The notes beneath the pieces were generated by a model. The model saw nothing but the letters and a program-made list of their open reading frames with translations. It ran no database searches and was not told where the DNA came from. The translations under genes were made by a program, and so were the position numbers. Shown one piece after another: positions 1-7,540 of a stretch of DNA of 10,131 nt; the first letter of the stretch is position 1; every line of letters starts with the position of its first letter. The DNA comes from Paraspadella gotoi (lineage: Eukaryota > Animalia > Chaetognatha): the NCBI GenBank assembly GCA_051294375.1, contig JBJCIZ010000851.1, forward strand, positions 1 through 10,131, written 5' to 3'.

Positions 1-360
1 TCGCTAAAAACAATGTCGATGTTTGTAAGCAAATGAGTGTGTCTGTCATTAAAATGAGAGTTCTGATTTGAAAGCATGGTTTATTGAGTGGTCATTCCCG
101 CCAAAAGAGAAGGTCACAGATTTTGTAGATGCGGACGAGAAGAAGAAGTTTTGGTGTTTTTACTTGAGTTTGTGTGTTTTTCATTATGCGCCGCATATCT
201 CCGACGGAAATTTTGATTAGATGAAGAGAATGTGTGTTCGCAGAAAAATGTCTTATAGACTGAGGCTGTTGTGAGAGTAAGAGAGGAGATAGGGAAGTTT
301 CATTTGTATCCATTGCTCATAAGAGATAGAGATACAGGCGGCGAAGTCACAAAGTGACAC

Positions 361-720
361 TGGTTTGCTTGGCCTTTCTTACTGAATTTTTCCTTTTTTC
401 TTTAAGTTCTCTCTTGATTCAATTAAGCTCTTTCTCTTTGCCAGAGTTCATTTACTGTTTTTGTCAAATTTTATCTGAATTTGTTGAAGAGTGCTTCTCA
501 TTTTGACTTTTCCCATTCTGACAGTTTTCTTTAGTTTCTATTAGCTCTAGAGTTATTGTTGCTAAGTTTCTGTTTGTTTTTCAAGAATTTCGTCCCTCTG
601 TTTTCATTGCCTCTCTCCTTAAGTTTCTTAAAATACATTTCAAACTCCAGTTATCCATTCTGTTTCTCATTTAATAGGCATATTATCTTGTCTTAGTAAG
701 TTATATTCTAATTGCTGAAA
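361..720 (-). other. Pyrimidine-rich (+) / A,G-rich (-) tract; possibly a decayed coding remnant such as a retroelement ORF
   Basis: The minus strand gives K/E/Q/R-rich fragments (e.g. QRDEILEKQTET, IKRELKEKRKNSVRKAKQ) interrupted by stops; no domain recognised. Confidence 0.2.
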
Positions 721-879
721 GCCTCTTTTGTTATTTACTTGGAAACGGGACGTCTGCCAGCGAGTCCTTCTTTTCAGAGTAGTTAGATGGTGGCAATGGA
801 CCGCAAGGATTAAAGGTATCAAATCGCGATATTCATCTCCTCATAATTGAAATGGTATCCATTTTTGGAAGAGACTGTT

Positions 880-1660
880 CTTTATTTCCGAGGAAAGGAT
901 AAAGAAAACAAGAAGAAACGGGAGAGAGGGAGTGGAGGCCGAGAGAAGAAGTGTCAAAGAGAGAGGAGAGTGAGAGAAGAAGGGGGGAGAAGCATATAGG
1001 AATCAGAGAGAGCACTAGAGGGAGAGGGAGAGAGAGAACTCTCAGAGAGAGTTGAGAAGGAAGAGGGTGAGGCAAACTTAGCGGCGATGAATTTTTTCAA
1101 TGGGGAGAGGGATCGCAGTCGATACTAGAGTTTTTTTTTGTTTCTCGCGGAGTTGCCTAGTCACTCGTTGGACGACATGAAGTGTCCAAGCCATAAGCCA
1201 AGAGTAGAGATTTTGACGTGGAAGAAGCAGAGAAAAAAGATAAAATGGAAAAGAGAGAAGAGAGAGAGACGAAACGCTTCAAGAAGGTGGAGATGGGATG
1301 TTGAAGCAAGATCAATACAGTGACGACCGAAGTTCAGTAGAGAAAGAGAAGGAACGCCGTCAACGATTCGTTCTCTCGATGTCGCTTTCGAGTGAGGAAG
1401 GAGAGGAGTAAAGAGCAGGCGCATCGTAAAGGAGAGTAATGGATAGAGGAGACCGCGGAAGAAGAGCGAGTGAAGAAAAACAGGCGCGAGAAAGAGATGC
1501 TGAGATTCGAGGGATCGGCTCACGGGGTTACAAGGAGGGGAGGGGTTTAGTTTTTAAAAGAATGCGTGCATCCGAAACTATCGATGAGCAGAGAGGGGGG
1601 GGAAAGAAATTCGTGAAGAAAAAAAGATCGCAGATTAGATTGAAAAAAGGTTTAGAATAG
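880..1660. repeat. GA-rich low-complexity, purine-skewed tract
   Basis: Dense GAGAG/GGAGA/GAAGA runs on +; overlapping ORFs are R/E/K-rich on + and L/S/P/F-rich on -, as expected from base composition alone. Confidence 0.7.
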
Positions 1661-2033
1661 TGAATAGTGTACATGTTCGAATAATAGTTGTTAAATTTGT
1701 GAAGAACATTAAAAATCGAAAGAGTTGCCTCAATAATATGTGGAACTATGAAAAGACGTTAGTGGTTAAAATGAGAAACGAGTAATAGTACAGATTAGAA
1801 CTGAATAATGTGCGTGACGGTAGGACAGTGATGCGTAATTAAGATTGAATTCAAAACAGTGAGGGAAAAGAATAGAATAAGCATTCAAAAACGGATGAGA
1901 GAAATAAGTATAAAGGAATTGCGTCGCAATAACTGGAAAATTTAATAGGGGCAATTCCGTTTTGAAATTGGAAATAAAAGTAAGAGAGACTTGAGGGATA
2001 ATTGTTTAAAACAGTAAGAAAACTAGGTGAAAA

Positions 2034-2172
2034 TACATTACATTATATGCAATAAAAATGAAATCTGTGATTTCCACTAATGGTTACGTAGTACAGTAAC
2101 ATTACATTAATTACATTACATTGCAATAAAAAGTGGAATCCATGATTTCACTTATGTTACAGTACAACACTA
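2034..2172. repeat. Two-copy tandem repeat (~74 bp period) with (TACAT)n pentamers
   Basis: TGCAATAAAAA at 2048-2058 and 2122-2132; AGTACA at 2090-2095 and 2161-2166; both units are preceded by TACATTACATT. Confidence 0.8.
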
Positions 2173-2380
2173 AATGTCCCGGATTAGCCTAAAAGGAAGG
2201 GTATTAGGGTTTAGTGATCTTACTGTTTTGGTTTTTAGTTTAGATGGGGTGAGGTTCTTATAGTTTTTTTCGTCTTATTCCTTTGGCGTTGAGTTGGAAG
2301 AAAAATTTTTATTTTTCCAAAACGTTTTTGCGCTGTATGTAGAAAAATTTTTTTTGTATAGTTTAAAAGTTGTTTGTTAA

Positions 2381-2396
2381 TTTTTTTTTTTTTTTT
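2381..2396. repeat. Poly(T)16 tract
   Basis: 16 consecutive T. Confidence 0.95.
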
Positions 2397-2605
2397 AGCG
2401 CGATGAAAGATAAAAGAGAATTTAGGGATTGAAAAAAAAATTAAGATTTAAGAGAGAAGATAGAAAAAAATTAGGGTGGTTGGAGGGTTTGCCGGTTTTA
2501 GCCAGTTAGTCCGCCAATTTAGAGCAGGGAAACTTAATCCTGGCGGAGGTTAAACTTGCTGGAGAGGCCTGAATTGCGGCGTCACTGGGAAGATGTGGAT
2601 ATCTA

Positions 2606-2631
2606 GCCTAAAGGTAGGCGTTCTAACTAGT
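2606..2631 (+). mobile_element. Helitron-like 3' terminus (hairpin + CTAG|T)
   Basis: GCCTA-AAGG-TAGGC hairpin (2606-2619), 7 nt spacer, CTAG (2627-2630), then T. The hairpin is short and no 5' end was located. Confidence 0.35.
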
Positions 2632-2724
2632 CTTTCTCATTCAGGGAAGAATAGAAGCGTAAGTAGGGTAGGTATTGTAATGGTAATAGGAAAACAGATA
2701 TAACAAAGGGTTATTCAAGGGTAC

Positions 2725-2915
2725 ATAAAAGTGAGAGAAAGGAGAGGAGGTTTTGACAGACCCGAGACGAGAGGAGAAGTTGAGAGAGTGGAAGTTGAGC
2801 GAGTGAGTCCGATCTCCAAGACTCTACTCCGTTGACTCCGGGGATGAAGAGGAGGGGACGACGAGGGGAAGGAGGAGTCGTTGAGAGGGGAGAGAAGGCC
2901 CGGGGGAGAGGAGCA
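2725..2915. repeat. Second GA-rich purine-skewed tract
   Basis: GAGAG/GAGGAG runs on +; the minus-strand ORFs are S/P/L low complexity. Confidence 0.6.
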
Positions 2916-3063
2916 GGTTCTGGTACGGGGCATAGGGGTGAGCCTCTATCTGATTATGAATAAGTATCTTGATCTTATTTCTTTCGTTCCGTTGCGTTGG
3001 TAGCATTTAAAGAGAGAAATATTGTTTTTATTCCCAATGCTAAAGACCAAGAACAACTTGGGC

Positions 3064-3116
3064 CCACCTGGCCTGTAGCAACAGAGGGCAGCCCGCAGGC
3101 ATAACAGGCCAGATGG
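3064..3116 (-). other. GC-rich stem-loop
   Basis: CTGGCCTGT (3068-3076) and ACAGGCCAG (3104-3112) form a perfect 9 bp inverted repeat, extending to 13 bp on the minus strand with one G-U pair. Confidence 0.6.
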
Positions 3117-3530
3117 ATATAGAGTGGCCCCCGGAAATTTTCGAAAGGATTCGCCTTACCCCAACATGACATCATCTGTCAACCTCGCAACTCAAATCCG
3201 AGATGACCATGACATGCCACTTTCTTCTTTACCTATTCTCTATCTTTATCTTTCATATTCATTTTTCATTCTCCTAAAATTAATCTAAAAATTAATTTTA
3301 GTTTAATTGTTATTCATTCATAGTTTACTATTTTAATGTTAAGTTTCCTTTACATTGCTAAATTATTTTACAGTTTACTTTTTACAATTGATTAATTTTT
3401 CCTTTTACATTATATCTTTTACTGAATACCAAATATCTCTTCAATCTCCATATCACTACTTGTCTCAGCCTTAACCTATTCTTCAGTCTTTTCCACCTGT
3501 CATTTTCTCAATTCTTTGTTGGAAACTTTG

Positions 3531-3548
3531 CTCTCTCTCTCTCTCTCT
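3531..3548. repeat. (CT)9 microsatellite
   Basis: Direct reading. Confidence 0.95.
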
Positions 3549-3600
3549 GTTTCTTAAACTTCAAACTGCTGTGAAAATAATTGTCAATCAATTCACTTAT

Positions 3601-3641
3601 TGCGCTGATGCAGGCTTACATTGAAAAGCCCTACATGTCCA
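3601..3641 (+). ncRNA. Strongly degenerate minimal hammerhead-ribozyme-like motif (probably inactive)
   Basis: tgcg-CTGATGC-A-GGCTT-acattgaa-AAGCC-cta-CATG-TC-ca: CUGANGA with one change, 5 bp stem II, palindromic CATG followed by UC; GAAA is lost and stem I is poor. AATAAA and GTTGT follow. Confidence 0.35.
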
Positions 3642-4083
3642 TTTTTCAAATGCTAAATAAATTTGGTTGTTCAAAATAAAAACAAACTTTTTTGATAAGT
3701 ATCGATCGAATATATTTATTTAGGTTTAAATATTCTGTACAGAAAAAATCCTCTAGGATGTAGTACTTACACCAATATTTTTTAAAACAGTTAATTTTTT
3801 TATTTTGTGTAGCTTTACTAATTGCTCAATCAAAATTTTGTAGGATTATTTTGTGTTCCCAAATATGTCAGAAGCTATAGTCTTCAACATTAATTGCTAG
3901 CAGTATTGCTGTTGGTGTTGCTAAGCTCAGAGATGTAAGGTTTGCAGACTTTAAATTTAACAAGAATAAACTTAATACATTTCTGTTCAAACTGCTTTGA
4001 TGAGAGTGGCAACGCTTAAAAATTCCTCTCATAGTTTTAAAACTGGTAGGCAGATGAGGATGTGAAAAGAAACAACAAGTAGC

Positions 4084-5663
4084 CATCTTCTGAAAACCTA
4101 TAATTAATCTTTAAAGTATACCCATGAGACACTTAATGTGGGTCTATTGGTAGCAGTCAGTAAAATTCGATAAAGGCAGGTTTTTTTGTTTAATGCTCAT
4201 TAAAAGTTTTTGAAAAATTTTTTTTAGAAATATTTTTTTAAATAGTTTAGTGAAAATGCTTACAATTTTAATGTCTATACATCTATCATTTATCTACAGA
4301 GCTAATAAGCTTTAAATTTGAGATCCTCTCCCAACTTTTTTACGATTTTTTGTTAGTTGAATTATAAGTAAAAATCATTAATTTAAAAAAAAAAATTAAT
4401 AATCAATCAGTTCTTTTCAAACGGCTAATTATTTCTTAAAATAAAAGTTACAATAGGTTCCAAAAATGCAGTTTCTACTTATTAAGCCTAAAAGAACAAT
4501 TTTTTTTTTAAAAATTGATATTAGAAATTATTTATTAAAAATAAATAATACAGATACCATTAATTTTAATTTTCTTTAAGAGAGAAATAGCTTATATTTT
4601 AACGTTATAACACTTAATCTCAAATAAAAATAACAGATAAATATTAGTTGAGCACTTATTAATTCAAATATCATATCCAGCTTTAAATATGGTAATTACT
4701 TATATATTTTATTACTTCTCAAAAAAAAATTTTATTCACTTAAATTTATATTATTAATAATAACTCACTCAATATTTGATATTATTATTTAATAGACAAA
4801 ATGTTTGTAAAAATATTAACAAACTAGAATTGCTTTAACTTTTTCATACTTAATTAGAGCTATATATCCTCAATTATTTCGTTCAAAATATTTTTTTTAT
4901 TTTTAAAATTTGTTTATATTTAAAATTTTTATAAATTTAAAAAAAAACTTATTTTGCAAGTCCTAATAAGTAGAACTGTATTTTAAAAAACATTAATTTT
5001 GTATTTTTACTTTTTTAAGAAATAAATCTTTCAACGTACTAATTGATTAATCTTTTAAAAAAAAATATTAATTTTTTACTTATATTTCAATAGCGAAAAT
5101 GTAATAGGAAAGTTGCGAGTAGTTTCAAATTATAAGCTTATATTGCTTGTTAGATAATGATTAGACATACTAGACATTTAAATTTGTATAGCATATTTCA
5201 CTAAACTACTTAAATTTTTTATAAAAAAATTTAAAAAACTTAATTTTAAAAGGCCTTGTGAATAGTTAAGAATCTGTATTTAAGAACATATTTGGATTTT
5301 TTCATTTTTAAGAAATAATCTGCTTTAATTGGTACTAATTGATTAATCTTTTTAAAAAATATATTTAATTTATTACTTATTATTTTCTGAAATAGCGAAT
5401 AAAGTATAGAAAGGTTTGGAGTTGGTTTTCAAATTAAAGCTTACAGCATTTCTGAGATAATGATAGACATATAGACATCTTCAAATTGTTAGAGCATAAT
5501 TCACTAAACTACTTAAAAAAATTTATTAAAAAATATTAAAAAACTTTAATGAGCATTTAAAAAAAAACCTGCAGATATTATTCGAATTTTAATATGAGAA
5601 CCTACCACATTAAGTGGTCTCTATGGGTATTACTTAATGGAATTTATAGGTTTCAGAAGGATG
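4084..5663. mobile_element. Large degenerate foldback / long-TIR non-autonomous DNA element
   Basis: Collinear inverted matches: CTTCTGAAA 4087-4095/5651-5659; CACTTAATGTGG 4130-4141/5605-5616; AATGCTCATTAAA 4192-4204/5545-5557; TAGTTTAGTGAA 4243-4254/5500-5511 (also 5197-5208); TTCTACTTATTA 4473-4484/4964-4975. Symmetry centre ~4710-4725. Extremely AT-rich, no ORF. Confidence 0.8.
4964..5550. repeat. Two-copy ~300 bp tandem duplication in the right arm of the foldback
   Basis: GTACTAATTGATTAATCTTTT at 5036-5056 and 5332-5352; TTCACTAAACTA at 5197-5208 and 5500-5511; AATAGCGAA and AGATAATGAT are also shared. Confidence 0.9.
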
Positions 5664-5892
5664 CGCACTCTTTGCCCTACCGTGCTAAATAACAATGCAA
5701 TTATGATGTTCAAGGGTTGTGCCAAAAATCCTTCAAGAGCCCGTATCCCTAAGGGTGTTGAAGCCAATTTAAATGTACGGATTGGTGGGAAAACCCTATT
5801 TTTTTAAGGCCTCCACAAATTGTGTAAAGATGTTTTGACGATATTCAAAACTTCGACGAAATTTGCACATCCCTTACCTTTCCAGCCTTTGA

Positions 5893-6282
5893 TTCTTTTT
5901 AACAACTGACCCGTGCACACCCCTCCAGTTCTACCACGCAAGGGGACTCCTTTCGTGGACAGTGAAGGAGAGGCCTTCACAAAATACGAAGCTCTACACA
6001 CTTTCGCGACCGGAGCTTGGCAGTTTTATGGACAGGCACCGCGAAGTTCGTAGGACAGACCAGGCCTTCAATATGCAGCTGGGAGTAGATAACCCTTCCT
6101 CGTTCATCTGGAAGATTCTTCGGAGCGACGGAATAGGTATGGTGAATCGGGCCCCTCGAATTGGGATCATTGCAGTAGCCGGAGTCGTGGCGCACTTTGC
6201 AGTTTGCCAAAGCCTCCGGCCATCACGTGGACGCCCTCTATCGGACGAGCGACGGGCCGCTAGGACTCGTTGGCCAATCTAA
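5893..6282 (+). CDS. Unidentified 129-codon open frame in a GC-rich block (possible exon or TE fragment)
   Basis: The track ORF 5962-6282 stays open upstream to the TGA at 5890-5892. It is not low complexity, and a TTTCCAG acceptor-like site ends at 5885. No domain recognised; minus-strand frames overlap it. Confidence 0.2.
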   Translation, partial: FFLTTDPCTPLQFYHARGLLSWTVKERPSQNTKLYTLSRPELGSFMDRHREVRRTDQAFNMQLGVDNPSSFIWKILRSDGIGMVNRAPRIGIIAVAGVVAHFAVCQSLRPSRGRPLSDERRAARTRWPI

Positions 6283-6479
6283 AAAACTTGCCCGTCTCGT
6301 CTGCCAGGGCGGGGGTGGCGTCAGCCTCCGCCCTCCCCTTGACGTCTTTCCCCTTCTCTTCTTTTCCCCTCTCTCTCTCTCTCTCTTCCACGTGCCACCC
6401 TAATACAAAAAGCAAATAAAAGAGTGGGGGGTAGCAATAAATCGAAGCACGGAGATGACGTTTGCGATGGGCCGATTGG
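6224..6479. promoter_or_regulatory. CpG-rich cluster of promoter-type motifs
   Basis: CACGTG 6224-6229 and 6389-6394; CCAAT 6274-6278 and ATTGG 6475-6479; GGGCGG 6307-6312 and CCGCCC 6328-6333; TGACGT 6340-6345 and 6456-6461; (CT)9 tract. Confidence 0.35.
6369..6386. repeat. (CT)9 microsatellite
   Basis: Direct reading. Confidence 0.95.
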
Positions 6480-7046
6480 TAGTGTGAAAGAGATCAAACT
6501 TTAGTCTATTACTTTTCTCTAATATTTTCTGTCTACTTGTAATATATACCTTGTAAAATAAATTGATTGACTTTGAATTTCTTAAATCTGCAATTTATCT
6601 CAAACACCAAAAATTGCCAAGAGTATGGTAAAAAAACCAATCTTGATTGTATTATTATACAAAGAGTTTAGATAAGGTCATGTGATATGTGCAATGAAAC
6701 AATCATGCTATCTTATTACCATTCTTATGCCAATAAGGATCATATTGATTCAATGAAACGTCCGGATAAAATCCAATCAGTTTTAACCTCCTTAACAATA
6801 ACATGATATATCTTTAAAAGTAGTACAAAAAACGTCATATTTACATCTTGGAAATATAAATAGAATAATATATGTTTCATCAGCAAAAGGGGATAACTTG
6901 TGTTAATAATATTGAAATTGATGTTGTAGCGATGCTCTTTTTGGGTCAACGACCTTTTCTGAATTTTACTTACCTCTTGTGACCTCGTAATGACTTTTGA
7001 AAAAAGGATAATTGTAAAAACACGTTATCACTATCTGCCAATATAC

Positions 7047-7091
7047 TAATAATATTGATAATAATAATAATATTGATAATAATAATAATAA
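7047..7091. repeat. Interrupted (AAT)n microsatellite
   Basis: AAT runs with two copies of AATATTGATAATAATAAT. Confidence 0.9.
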
Positions 7092-7348
7092 AATTTTTTT
7101 GTTTATATAAGCTTTTTTTACTTTCCGTTATCCTAATTTTTGATCAGGGAACGGCGGCGATGACCAACGTATCCGCGCGACTCATTCTTTCAACGGATTG
7201 AGCAGCACCGTTCGCTTCTTCGGTGAAAAGGAGAAGGGGAAACTTGTCGTTGGCATTAGTCCAGGAATTGCAAAAATTATCAAGCCTGATTAAACGATTT
7301 TAAAATAGAAATTATGTTATTTTCCTTTCTTTTTCGTTGTATTTGTGA

Positions 7349-7444
7349 TTTAGAGAAAAAGTTTGAAATTATTGGCAACAACGAATTTGTTTCATTAATA
7401 AAACAAATTCGTTGTTGCCAATAATTTCAAACTTTTTCTCTAAA
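7349..7444. repeat. 96 bp near-perfect palindrome
   Basis: 44 bp arms 7349-7392 and 7401-7444 are exact reverse complements; the core is C-ATTAAT-A, so the only mismatch is 7393/7400. Confidence 0.97.
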
Positions 7445-7521
7445 ATAAAAATTATAAATAGATGATAAAACTGTTGATAAATTTTGGATTCACTTTGGAT
7501 TAGACTATCGCGCAATTCTAA

Positions 7522-7540
7522 AGGCGGACTCTCCCCGCCT
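7522..7540. other. Short GC-rich hairpin, possibly a rolling-circle element subterminal hairpin
   Basis: AGGCGG-actctcc-CCGCCT in an AT-rich background. Confidence 0.4.

Noticed and set aside
92-313. 73 aa minus-strand ORF and a neighbouring GNDHS peptide resembling an APE endonuclease SDH motif
   Set aside because: No other endonuclease motifs; the frames are short and interrupted by stops.
833-1660. Four ORFs of 61-120 aa (833-1075, 1138-1323, 1161-1523, 1439-1660)
   Set aside because: By-products of GA/CT-rich low complexity, which lacks stop codons; no domain recognised.
1915-1958. GGAATTGC/GCAATTCC 8 bp inverted repeat, and GAATTGC recurring elsewhere in the window
   Set aside because: Too short and irregularly spaced to separate from chance.
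2204-2480. Scattered TTAGGG hexamers
   Set aside because: Isolated copies, not a tandem telomeric array.
3140-3210. Minus-strand GGCGAA resembling an HDV-like ribozyme J4/2 strand
   Set aside because: Could not build the P1/P3/L3 nested pseudoknot.
3455-3490. Minus-strand CTGAAGA...GAGA-CAAG-TA hammerhead-like string
   Set aside because: Neither stem I nor stem II pairs.
3868-4086. 72 aa minus-strand ORF and a + strand GTAAGG donor-like site near 3935
   Set aside because: No recognisable product and no consistent exon frame.
4964-5550. Tandem repeats (here and at 2034-2172) as a possible CRISPR array
   Set aside because: Only two long diverged units each, with no repeat-spacer structure and no cas genes.
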